Part shown: positions 8,767 to 18,500 of the stretch, piece after piece
Layout: each line of letters opens with the position of its first letter
How positions within the stretch are numbered: the stretch's first letter is position 1
Virus record (IMG/VR): IMGVR_UViG_3300022178_003030
Span: 1-62,292 of that record
Origin: a virus
Lineage: Duplodnaviria > Caudoviricetes
Strand: one strand, 5' to 3'
DNA: 62,292 bases
Translations under genes and position numbers: made by a program
The notes under the pieces: model-generated
Told to the model about the DNA's origin: nothing
Seen by the model: only the letters and a program-made list of their open reading frames with translations
Databases searched by the model: none

Positions 8767-10185
8767 ATGGCAACATTAGGATCAAGTAGAGGGACAGATG
8801 TTCCTGAAATATCACCGTCAGGTTCGACAGGTTCATTTAGAATCACACCTGAATCGTACACAACGGTAGATTCTCTTATCAAAACAACTAAAGATGAGGT
8901 TATGCCTAACCTCGTTGAGACTTACGGTGATCAAGGTATCACTGGATTTCTTAAACTAACAGGCGCAATTAACAGCGGCGGATCTTCAGACCAGATTGAC
9001 TGGTGGGAGGCAGGTCGTCGTCACAAGACGTTAGCATACACATCTGCCGCAGCGGTATCTTCTGATACTAAGTTTTTAACAATTAACGACTCTATTGTAA
9101 AAGCTGGAGTTCAGGCCAACGACGTCCTCATGGACAAAGAAACAGGTGCTCGTTTTGTGGTTAAATCTGGTGGATACGGTACAGGAAGCGAAGTAGATGT
9201 TATTTTAGCAAAACTAGACGGAAGTGTAGTTACTGAAGATACAGATATTGACACGGATTCAGCTGGAGAATTTATCAGACTTGGTAACATGTACGCTCAA
9301 GGAACCAACCAGCCTACAGCATTCGACGATTTCAACGCAGTAAGAAAGTCTAACCCATTCATGATCGTTAAAGATCGTTACGAGGTTAACGGATCACAGG
9401 CTACGAATATCGGTTGGGTAAACGTAGGTGGCGGAGAATACCGCTGGTTTATGAAGGGTGAGCAGGAGGCTCGCGCTCGTTTCGAGGACCGTCGTGAAAT
9501 GATGATGCTTCTAGGGCAGCAGCGTGGCAATGATGCGATTGCTGGCGCAGGATTAGATAACGAACTTGCTGGATCTGAAGGATATTTTGCAGCTATCGAA
9601 GATCGCGGAATCCAAGTATCTAACGCAAACGCTAACCCACTTGACTCATTCTCTGAGTTTGATGATATTATCATGGAGCTTGATAAGCAAGGTGCACCTT
9701 CTGAGTATGCTATGTACGTGAACAGAAAGCAAGACCTAGCTATCGACGATATGTTAGCATCGGGTGTTGCAACAGGTGTTACTGCTGGTTTACCAGGACA
9801 GTTCGGAGCATTCAATAACTCAGCTGATATGGCTGTAAAGCTTGGATTTAAATCTTTCACTCGTGGAGGATACACTTTCCACAAGCACGATTGGAAGCTT
9901 CTTAACGATCCTACTCTTCTAGGTGCATCTAACTACGTACAGGGGGCTATGATTCCTTTGTCACAAGTTACTGACGCACGTAGCGGAATGAAGGCACCAG
10001 CCTTAGCTATGTACTACAAGGAGGCTAACGGGTACAACCGTGAGATGGAGCACTGGGTAACTGGTAGCATCTTGGGTCATACTAACAACGGAGATGTAGG
10101 TACAGACAACGCTGTCTTCCACTATCGCTCTGAGATCGCTTTATGTACACGCGCAGCGAACCAGCACGTAATGATTAAGGGATAA
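8767..10185 (+). CDS. Major capsid protein (HK97 fold, Bacteroidota-phage type)
   Basis: 472 aa after the scaffold gene. Motifs include ETYGDQGITGF, GSEGYFAAIEDRG, LGFKSFTRGGYTFHKHDWKLLND and HYRSE..LCTRAAN. Confidence 0.85.
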   Translation: MATLGSSRGTDVPEISPSGSTGSFRITPESYTTVDSLIKTTKDEVMPNLVETYGDQGITGFLKLTGAINSGGSSDQIDWWEAGRRHKTLAYTSAAAVSSDTKFLTINDSIVKAGVQANDVLMDKETGARFVVKSGGYGTGSEVDVILAKLDGSVVTEDTDIDTDSAGEFIRLGNMYAQGTNQPTAFDDFNAVRKSNPFMIVKDRYEVNGSQATNIGWVNVGGGEYRWFMKGEQEARARFEDRREMMMLLGQQRGNDAIAGAGLDNELAGSEGYFAAIEDRGIQVSNANANPLDSFSEFDDIIMELDKQGAPSEYAMYVNRKQDLAIDDMLASGVATGVTAGLPGQFGAFNNSADMAVKLGFKSFTRGGYTFHKHDWKLLNDPTLLGASNYVQGAMIPLSQVTDARSGMKAPALAMYYKEANGYNREMEHWVTGSILGHTNNGDVGTDNAVFHYRSEIALCTRAANQHVMIKG

Positions 10186-10216
10186 TCGTTATATTAACTA
10201 TTAAAACTTAAAAATT

Positions 10217-10696
10217 ATGGCTACAAATACAGACGCTACATTTACGCATGCGACACCAGGTTGTATGACCTCATCGCATAAGATTACGATTAAGAACGCT
10301 TGTAAGCAAAATACAGATACGGACTTTGAATTTGATCAACCAGCAAATAGCATTGTTGATGGAGTTTTTGTTCGTGTTGTAGGCGCAATTACTATAGGCG
10401 GTGCTGCAGATGTTGGATTCCGTATGGGAACTAACTCTGACCACACTGGTGAAGAAATTGTTGCAGACGCTGCTCAAGGCATTTTAGATCAGAGTGATAA
10501 CGCTACTGTTGCTGCAGGAAATGTTTTTTCATTTACTGTTGTAGGCACTGGAGGTGTTGTTTCTCCTGGAGTAACAAATGGCGCAGGTTCATTTACGGGT
10601 GTTGCTAGAAAACTTTTTGGTCGTATAGACACGGGAAATCAAGCAATTACTGGAGCAAATGAACTAGAAGTGCACGTTGCATACAGACACTTTTAA
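10217..10696 (+). CDS. Putative capsid-associated or decoration protein
   Basis: Directly after the MCP, beta-rich, followed by a hairpin. Confidence 0.55.
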   Translation: MATNTDATFTHATPGCMTSSHKITIKNACKQNTDTDFEFDQPANSIVDGVFVRVVGAITIGGAADVGFRMGTNSDHTGEEIVADAAQGILDQSDNATVAAGNVFSFTVVGTGGVVSPGVTNGAGSFTGVARKLFGRIDTGNQAITGANELEVHVAYRHF

Positions 10697-10710
10697 CTAA
10701 AACGTAAATT

Positions 10711-10727
10711 GGGCTTCGGCCCTCTTT
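10711..10727 (+). terminator. Weak intrinsic terminator or stabilising hairpin
   Basis: GGGC-TTCG-GCCC followed by TCTTT. Confidence 0.5.
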
Positions 10728-10769
10728 ACACTTAACTTTTTAAAAACAAAAAAACAAAAATTAGAAAAT

Positions 10770-11276
10770 ATGAATGAATTAATTCTTTCAAAGCTTGAAG
10801 CTGGCCAGGTTAAAGGCCCTTGTACGGCAATGAAGGCTACTGCTGGAACGGATATTGCAGACAGCACAGCCGCGTTAGCGATGGACGCTACATATGTCAA
10901 CAAGGTTACTTTTTCCGCGCTTGACGGGGCTGCAAAAACTGTAACACTCCCCACATTTACAAATGTTGGAGACATTGTTATCATTATGCAAAAAGTCAGC
11001 CTTGTAGGTAGTGGCGTACTCACTATTGACTGTGGCGGATCTCAAAGTTTTGACACTGGAAGTTATGCTTTTTGGGCTGATGGCTCTGACGTAGCTACAG
11101 TTGATACTGCTACTGCTGGTGAGACTAAAGTTGTCTTAACTGGTGAAGCATCAAATACTGGTACAGGAGCTGGAACTTGCGCAAAATTCACCTATTTAGG
11201 TGACGATAAAATTTTGTGTCAAGTTCATGGTAATCGCTTAGGTACTGGCGGAGGAACTATGGCTTTTGCGGCATAG
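10770..11276 (+). CDS. Putative structural protein
   Basis: Gly/Thr/Ala-rich with TVTLPT...VGD motif; sits between the capsid genes and a terminator. Confidence 0.55.
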   Translation: MNELILSKLEAGQVKGPCTAMKATAGTDIADSTAALAMDATYVNKVTFSALDGAAKTVTLPTFTNVGDIVIIMQKVSLVGSGVLTIDCGGSQSFDTGSYAFWADGSDVATVDTATAGETKVVLTGEASNTGTGAGTCAKFTYLGDDKILCQVHGNRLGTGGGTMAFAA

Positions 11277-11297
11277 CTCTTAATAATCTACTACAAG

Positions 11298-11320
11298 AAA
11301 GGCCCTTCGGGGCCTTTTTT
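11298..11320 (+). terminator. Intrinsic terminator
   Basis: AAAGGCCC-TTCG-GGGCCTTTTTT. Confidence 0.85.
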
Positions 11321-11328
11321 ATTTGTTG

Positions 11329-11336
11329 TATATTTG
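11329..11336 (+). promoter_or_regulatory. Bacteroidota -7 promoter element (TATATTTG)
   Basis: TAnnTTTG directly after the terminator and upstream of ATG 11355. Confidence 0.65.
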
Positions 11337-11354
11337 CGTTGTAAATTTAGTACA

Positions 11355-11666
11355 ATGAAAAAATTCTTGCAATTCATAAGCGCTGGAGACGATGCAGCTA
11401 CCTTCCCAGAAGGCAGTTTGCAGTCTATGGTTTGCGACGCCAACGCCACGATAAAGCTTAGGTTTCACCCAAGTACAAAAGGTACAGCGCACCTCACCGA
11501 TTTAGTTACCCTTACGATAACCGCAGATAAAGAAAAAGCTGTTATGACCGCTATTTCTAAGGAGATATCTCTTGGCAAGGAATCCGTTATCTTAGTCTGT
11601 GACGATGTAGCGAGTCTATTTATGCACACAGATATTCTTTCTTGCGTAATTTCAACAGAAGCCTAA
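11355..11666 (+). CDS. Hypothetical structural-cluster protein (start revised to ATG 11355)
   Basis: The track's TTG start lies inside the promoter element; MKKFLQF is the likely start. Confidence 0.65.
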   Translation: MKKFLQFISAGDDAATFPEGSLQSMVCDANATIKLRFHPSTKGTAHLTDLVTLTITADKEKAVMTAISKEISLGKESVILVCDDVASLFMHTDILSCVISTEA

Positions 11667-12973
11667 TGAAGTTTTTTTTATTTAGAAGAGAAGAGATAAA
11701 CGAAGGGAGCGTAAAGTCTTCCGACAGCGGTATAGGCTTGAGTGTATTTGCGATCCCAGCAGAGCAGATGGGGTTTATGACGGCTGTAAAAGGATTTATA
11801 AATATAACGTTTAACAACGCGGGGCTGTATGAAACAACCGCCTTAATAGAAGGGGAGTCTTTTGAGAAGACCAACGTTAGCATCTCGTGCGTAGAGGGGG
11901 AGGAATTAGAGTTAATGGAGGATATACTTAACTTCGTTACGAGCGACGCCCCTAAGAAAAAAATTATGAAGTTTGATGTGGTTACAGGTAAATCATCATT
12001 TGACTCCGCTATATCTAAAAGTGTATCGGACATATCTACTCAGGTTAAGATAAACCCTATCGTCATGACCTCTGGGGATATAAGCAGGGGGGACCCAGCC
12101 AAAGAGTTTCAAGACACCATAGGGGAAATATATTTTGGGGCGGATAAACCGTCCTTAGATTTTAATCACGAGGGGTTAGCGGACTACGCAGATGGAGTAG
12201 AGATAACCGCATGGGCTAACGCAGGGACAGGAGGCAGTACGTATAGTATTGCAGCTAACGTGGGGGATCCCCTCAATACAACTAGCTTAAGTGCTGCAAG
12301 AGGTCTAGCGAAAACAAGCGCTACTATAGCCCTGGATGATTATTTTGTTGTGCCTAATGCATACACAGTGAGCGAAGACTACACCGCTTATATGGTTTTT
12401 AGAGTAACCACATCTGCGCTTGGGTTAGGAGTTCTATATGGCGATGACAGCGGAGATACAATGGGGTTTTGTTTCGGTGACATGGTGTACGATTCAAGTG
12501 GAGGTATAGATAAGGCCGAACAAACTTTAAGCACTTTTAAAGTAAGGCACGACGGAAGATCGGGGGAACCCGCTTCTGTTTCCACTGCCAGCGACCAGGG
12601 AGGCACTGTAAAGCACAGCTTCCCTGAAATAATAGTAAATCCAGAAAACGGAGAAACGTGCCAGGTTTTTATAGTAAGAAGAGACAAGCAGTCCAATATG
12701 TACCTTCACAATAGAACGGGCGACTTGGTTGCTTTTATACCTGGATTTACACAGCTTATGACACCTTCAGGTAAACACACAAATATGGCTGGCATGACGG
12801 ATGGGAATTTACTTATTGAGCAGATAGGTTCTGGTGGGGGTATAATTGCTACTAGCGGAAGATCTCTTAGTTTTACAGGATCTTTAGCAAGGTTTGGTGT
12901 TATAGAAAAAGATATAGGAACAAGCAAGTCAGGCCAGTTAGCGCAGGACCTTTTTAATTTATATAATTTTTAA
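11666..12973 (+). CDS. Putative virion protein: N-domain similar to the upstream ORF plus a ConA/LamG-like C-domain (start revised to 11666)
   Basis: TAATG coupling. The C-terminal half is beta-sandwich-like (ITAWANAGTGG, FTGSLARFGVI). Confidence 0.55.
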   Translation: MKFFLFRREEINEGSVKSSDSGIGLSVFAIPAEQMGFMTAVKGFINITFNNAGLYETTALIEGESFEKTNVSISCVEGEELELMEDILNFVTSDAPKKKIMKFDVVTGKSSFDSAISKSVSDISTQVKINPIVMTSGDISRGDPAKEFQDTIGEIYFGADKPSLDFNHEGLADYADGVEITAWANAGTGGSTYSIAANVGDPLNTTSLSAARGLAKTSATIALDDYFVVPNAYTVSEDYTAYMVFRVTTSALGLGVLYGDDSGDTMGFCFGDMVYDSSGGIDKAEQTLSTFKVRHDGRSGEPASVSTASDQGGTVKHSFPEIIVNPENGETCQVFIVRRDKQSNMYLHNRTGDLVAFIPGFTQLMTPSGKHTNMAGMTDGNLLIEQIGSGGGIIATSGRSLSFTGSLARFGVIEKDIGTSKSGQLAQDLFNLYNF

Positions 12974-12984
12974 TTTATTTTAAT

Positions 12985-13851
12985 ATGTCACAAACGACAA
13001 GACGGGCTACTGGGCGCCCTAAGGCCCAGCCAAAAGCATCCAACGAGGTTGCAGTAGAAACGCCAACTATGGAGGCGCCAGCTAAGCCTGAGCCTTTAAA
13101 GAAAGCTAAGCGTAATGTAAAACGTAAAGAGGAAGTTCTTTACCATGCGGAATATGAAATCCCTAAGAACGCGGGGATCGTGTATATGCTCCCGCAAAAG
13201 GGAATTACCGTATATGATAGTGATTTAGACACGGTGCGAGAGATGCGCTACTGTCCTAACGAACCGTCTATCTGGGCTGACGAACAAGGAGATAACGCAC
13301 GTAAAGAAACCGTGGCTTTTAGAGAGGGGAAACTTTTCGTACCTAAGGATAAGCCTAATTTACGCAAGTTTATGGACCTCCACCCTATGAATATAAATAA
13401 TGGTGGGAAGATTTTTAAGCAGATTGATAAAAAGAAGGATGCTAAAATAGAACTAGAAAAGGAGTTTCTTCTTTCTGAAGCGGTTACTATGGTCCGAGAT
13501 AAGGATATAAATGAACTGCTTCCCATTGCATTATACTTTGGGGTAAACATAAACACTGCGGTTACTGAAATTAGATACAACTTGTTAAACATAGCGAAGA
13601 AAAAGACTCAAGAGTTTATCCAGTCCTTTGATTCCCCACAGGTTCAAGTGAGATCTACTATTCAGCAAGCCAAAGACTACCAACTCGTTAACCTTAAAAG
13701 CGACGGGTGTTACTGGTTCGATACCAACAGTCTAATCCTTTCGGTTCCTGCAGGACAGGATTCTATGGATGTGATGGTTAGATTTTGCCTCACTGAAAAA
13801 GGAGCGGCAGTCTTGTCAACCCTAGAGGAAAGACTTGATAAATTAGCTTAA
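12985..13851 (+). CDS. Conserved phage protein of the head-tail cluster, function unknown
   Basis: REMRYCPNEPSIWADEQ and FREGKLFVP..KPNLRKFMDLHP; located between capsid and tail genes. Confidence 0.6.
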   Translation: MSQTTRRATGRPKAQPKASNEVAVETPTMEAPAKPEPLKKAKRNVKRKEEVLYHAEYEIPKNAGIVYMLPQKGITVYDSDLDTVREMRYCPNEPSIWADEQGDNARKETVAFREGKLFVPKDKPNLRKFMDLHPMNINNGGKIFKQIDKKKDAKIELEKEFLLSEAVTMVRDKDINELLPIALYFGVNINTAVTEIRYNLLNIAKKKTQEFIQSFDSPQVQVRSTIQQAKDYQLVNLKSDGCYWFDTNSLILSVPAGQDSMDVMVRFCLTEKGAAVLSTLEERLDKLA

Positions 13852-13875
13852 ACGTCAATGCTCATGATGAGAGAG

Positions 13876-13905
13876 AGCCGCCCATTTAGGCGGCTTTTTC
13901 TTTTT
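13876..13905 (+). terminator. Intrinsic terminator
   Basis: AGCCGCC-CATTTA-GGCGGCT followed by a T-rich tail. Confidence 0.8.
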
Positions 13906-13906
13906 G

Positions 13907-13914
13907 TATATTTG
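13907..13914 (+). promoter_or_regulatory. Bacteroidota -7 promoter element (TATATTTG), probably yielding a leaderless mRNA
   Basis: Only 4 nt separate it from ATG 13919. Confidence 0.6.
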
Positions 13915-13918
13915 CTAT

Positions 13919-14698
13919 ATGATAAGCGTAATAGAAGTATACAATAATCTACGTGATTACTGCAATAAAGACCAGAAGGGTTTTGTTACCCCCGCTGTCT
14001 TTAACTCTTTTGCGGGGTTAGCGCAGCAGGAGATATTTAACTCTATGTTTACAGCTTTACCTGAAACGCTTAACGCTAGGCGCAAGGGCATAGACCCTAC
14101 ACGCGATAAATCCCTATACAAGCAAATAGAGGAGGACCTCGCGTACTTTGTGGAAAAGGTGCGGGTGGAAGACTCTTTTTCTCTTTCGGGGGTTGAGGGT
14201 GATGAATTTATAGAGCCAGACGCGGCTATTTTCAAGAAGCCTTCAGATTTATCTAAGATTATATCCATATCACTTGATGATACAAACAGGACTTCCGCAG
14301 AGTTATTGTATAATTCTGAAAAAATAGACAGGATTTTAAAGAGTAATCTTTCAACCCCTACGGCTGAATTCCCTGTAGCCCTAGTTGGTAAGAACATAGA
14401 ACTTTTCCCTAGCAATTTAACTACTATTTTGCTCACTTACTATAGACAGCCAAGATCAAAGTACGTAGTCACTCAGGAGGATGTATCGGACGCAGGGGAT
14501 ACAGACAAGACTAATTTACCAACTTACGCTGTTTCGTCTATAGAAATCGACAACAGCCAGATAGACATACCTCAACCATCGGGTTGTAGGGATTTTGAGC
14601 TACCTGAACATTATAAAAACCCACTCGTAACGGCAATGGCTAACCTTATAGGTATAGGTTTACGCGACGAGTTCTTAACAACTAAAACCGCTTCATAA
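13919..14698 (+). CDS. Head-tail connector or tail ring (tubular) protein (start revised to 13919)
   Basis: NKDQKGFVTPAVFN..A..AQ, LTYYRQP and DFELPEHY resemble ring/adaptor proteins of Bacteroidota podoviruses; gene order supports this. Confidence 0.6.
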   Translation: MISVIEVYNNLRDYCNKDQKGFVTPAVFNSFAGLAQQEIFNSMFTALPETLNARRKGIDPTRDKSLYKQIEEDLAYFVEKVRVEDSFSLSGVEGDEFIEPDAAIFKKPSDLSKIISISLDDTNRTSAELLYNSEKIDRILKSNLSTPTAEFPVALVGKNIELFPSNLTTILLTYYRQPRSKYVVTQEDVSDAGDTDKTNLPTYAVSSIEIDNSQIDIPQPSGCRDFELPEHYKNPLVTAMANLIGIGLRDEFLTTKTAS

Positions 14699-15588
14699 TG
14701 GCGTATTCTGACATTTCTGAATTAGGCATGAACTATGTTCCTCTACGACAGGTGCTGGACGACTATGTTATTACACTGGATGCGGATGATTACGTTAACT
14801 CCCCCACAGATTCCGTAATGAGGAATTTAGCTTTGAGGGGTATACGTGAGTTTGGTTTTGACGTAACTTCTAGGATCAAATCCTTAAAAGTAGACGTGGA
14901 TACGACCAACAACACTGTTGCTCTACCAGATGACTTTGTGGATTTAGTTAAAGTGGGGACAGTTGGGGCGGATGGTATACTCCGCGTCTTAGGGCAGAAT
15001 AAAAATCTTAATTTTTCACGACGCGTAACACAAGTGGATACTGATGGGGATGGCGTGGTTGACGCAGACACTACTTCCACCGCTGACAGTCAATCAGGGC
15101 CTTTGAATAACGATAACAATTTAGTGCTTAATAGAGAGGATAGCAAAAGTACAACCACTGGCTCCTCTACTTCCGCTGACGAATATGACTTCTATATTTT
15201 TGAAAACTACGCATACCAGGGTGGGTTAGGCCGATTATATGGAACGGGAGGCGGTCACATGCAAGGGGAGTATCGTTTAAACCTCGATCAGAACCGTTTA
15301 GAGGTCGATACAGCGAGCGGAGTGAACGAAGTGGTGATAGAGTACGTCGCTGACGAAGCGCGCTCTACAAACCCCGTTATACACGTTTATGCGGAAGAGG
15401 CGTTACGCTCTTACATGTATTACAAATTATGTGAAAGAAAATCAACAGTACCCGCTAACGAAAAGTCTAGGGCAAGGTCGGAATATTACAACGAAAGAAG
15501 AAAGGCTAAGGCTAGACTAAGTAATTTCTCTAAGACTGAAGCTCTAAAGACGATACGTAAAAACTTTATGTTAGCTCCGAAGTACTAA
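14698..15588 (+). CDS. Tail ring or adaptor protein
   Basis: VALPDDFVDLVKVG and VVIEYVAD...HVYAEEALRSY; coupled to both neighbours by TAATG. Confidence 0.6.
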   Translation: MAYSDISELGMNYVPLRQVLDDYVITLDADDYVNSPTDSVMRNLALRGIREFGFDVTSRIKSLKVDVDTTNNTVALPDDFVDLVKVGTVGADGILRVLGQNKNLNFSRRVTQVDTDGDGVVDADTTSTADSQSGPLNNDNNLVLNREDSKSTTTGSSTSADEYDFYIFENYAYQGGLGRLYGTGGGHMQGEYRLNLDQNRLEVDTASGVNEVVIEYVADEARSTNPVIHVYAEEALRSYMYYKLCERKSTVPANEKSRARSEYYNERRKAKARLSNFSKTEALKTIRKNFMLAPKY

Positions 15589-18500
15589 TGATTGATAAAA
15601 TAAGACCAAGAAAACTTAATGCTTCTTCTGATTCTAGGCAAAGGAAGCCAGATGAGATGCAGGACGCTCTTAACTTGGTGTCTTCTAATGACTTTCGTTC
15701 GGAGGGTGACACAACGGCAGGCAATGATGCTACGGGTAATGCAGGGGTTTTAAAACCAACGAGGGGGAATATCCCCCTTGAAGTGCATACTTCTGGAGTT
15801 GATGAGATTGTTGGTGGTTCAGAAGGTGGGAAATCAAGAATCCTAGGATCTGTTACGGATCACGAAAACGACGTAGTTTATTTCTTTGTTTACCATCAGG
15901 CGGCTGCTTTTCAGGGCGTGTATGCATACGACCCCACAGGATATTTACCAGAAGGAACCGCTTCAACGTCTTACAGGAAAATATACACAAGCACTCAATT
16001 TAAATTCCCTTCAAACGGATTTATAAAAGCGGATATTGTTCGTCTCTCTAGACCTTTTGATTATGAGGATAAACAATACGAGTCACAGCCTGTACTTTAT
16101 TTTACGGACAACGTAAACGAACCTCGTAAACTACACCCGCTCAGAGCCTTAACAGAAAGCTTATTGGATTATACGGCTATTGATGTAAAGGATTTTATTA
16201 CGGCTTGCCCAAAAACACCAATTCACCCAATAGAGGCGGTGTTTGAGAACGACATTAACGACCCTACATCAGCATTTGAAGGGTTACCAGGTTTTCAGTT
16301 TGCATACCAGCACCTATACAAAGGTGGAGAAGAAAGCGCTTTATCTACATTTTCAGATATAGCGGTTCCGCCAGCTTACTATACTCAAGGCTCCTCGACT
16401 GATGCTTATTTATCAAGCAACAACAAGTGTAAGCTTCGTATACGACAAGCTATAGTATATGACGCGGTAAATCAAAACACCCTACGATCCAAAGAAGTAA
16501 AAGAAATTAGAATTTTAGCCCGCGTAGGAAACAGAGGGGCGTGGAAGGTTGTAGAAGAAGTGGAGGCTCCACAGAATGATTTAATTTATGACTTTTACAA
16601 CAGGCGTATTTTTGGTGGGTTTTCCCAAACAGATGCAATAAAACCATTTGATAATCTACCTCAAAAGGCTCAAGCTCAAGCGGTTGTGTCAGACAGACTA
16701 ACTTACGGGAATTACGTAGAAGGGTACGATAACGTAAAGGTAGAGGCTAAAGCCACTATAGTTTACCATGAGAGACCCGATGATTTTTCTACTCTTGACA
16801 TAAAGGTAACCCCTACGATAAAACCAAGCGGGGAGGCAAGTGCTAGTGGCCAACAAAACAAAAGAGCTGGGTATTATATAGACACATCAAACATCCCAGA
16901 CGCTATAGGTGCGGGTAGTTACATAAACTTTGAATTGTTTGTAAGGCCCAACCGAAATTTTCATATATATAACTCCCACCAAAGTTTCCACGGGTCTAGG
17001 CATTTATCCTTATTGGATGGAGATGACCAAGTTAGCGGAACCACAACGGTAAGAGCCCCAGAAGTTTGGGGGGAAGGGGCTAATCTAGCAAGCACTTGCT
17101 CAAGCTACTCTGACATACAACATATGGACAACATGTGGGGGAGAAATACAGGGATTGGCGCTGTAAACGACAATGGAGAGCCTGAGTTAAGATGGAACAC
17201 TCCTGGGACCACCCAAGCGGATCTCACAGTCAATAACCCAAGATGTGTTTTTGGTACTTCAGCCGCCAACCCTTTTATACTCAGGGGTCATAATCTACAT
17301 TTTAGCGCTAGGCTTAAAGTTTTAGGTGATATAGAATCGGGGGATGGTTTAACGGCTGCACAAACAACAATTAAAAACGCTCTTGTTGCGGCTCTTTCAG
17401 GGGATGTGGAGTATCCTTACGAGGCTAACGGGTTAGCGTTATTGTCATCTAAATCCAATCCAACATATTTTATAAACGAAGCATTAGCTGGCGGTAATAT
17501 AGAAACATCCACAGAGGAGGCTATCTCTACCCCTTATAGAATTCCTGTTGCTTCGGGTGGCGACACGGGTGGCGACGATAGAAAATATCTTATTTGTTCC
17601 GTTGGGAACTATGATGTTATAAATGAAAGCGCAAGCTTAGACGACGTGAGGCACCAGTCTCCGTGCGGGTATTTTATAGCGAATAAAGCAAAAGTTGAGT
17701 TCGCATTAAACGATATAGGTAGCGGATTTTTAGAGCTTGACTTGCGTAATTTAAGTGGTTTAGAATTACTAACCGCGATACCATTTATAGATGCTGAAGC
17801 ATGGAAAGATGATGCGTATGAAGCTAGAGCAAACGGGTGCGGTATTGTAGAGAGCGGAGACGACAATAAGAATTATGGGGTTAGAGATGCCACATACTGG
17901 AGTTTAGATTCTTTAATTATAGATTCGTGGTATGTGTACTCAAAAGAATATGTACTGCTAGGTGAATTTAACCCTAAGATATTTACTCCTATCCCCACAG
18001 ACTTCCCTAGATATATGAACGGTTCATCTGAAGCTAATTTAGGCCCTGGCTCTCCAAACCCTGCACAAGCAAATGGCGGGAGCGAACCTGGCATAGGTAA
18101 AAACGCAGCTATAGTGAGACTTGATGCTTACGACTCTATTGATGAAGGGTTTTTAAACAGCTCAATGTACCAAGTGCGATCTAAAGGAGGTGCTGGTGGT
18201 GCAAACAATTTTGGCGAAAGCGGTTGCGGGAATGAATTTGAGCAATGGTACTTGCAATCTTATTTAAAGCTTGTAAGTCGGGCCGCTTTTAACGCTAACG
18301 GCCAGGATATAATAACGAGAGACAAGCTAGGTAGACTCCGAGTGGTTGGGTACTTAGACGGGGTTATAGAAACTGATTTTTATGCTGGAGGCAAGGAAGC
18401 TCTTGAAGCTGGTAACGGCGTGTCTATTGTAGATGGGGCTATTGGACCTGGTGGGTATTTCCACGGTGGGGAAAACACAAGGAGCGGCTTAGGAGCAGCA

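Noticed and set aside
9378-9884. Long antisense ORFs in the track (e.g. 9378-9884, 13957-14436, 31910-32419)
   Set aside because: Shadows of strongly coding plus-strand genes, Ser/Leu-rich, with no independent start signals or motifs.
15037-15063. DTDGDGVVD (and GDFDGDG at about 25628) as dedicated Ca-binding domains
   Set aside because: Isolated single motifs in acidic loops, too short to support a claim.
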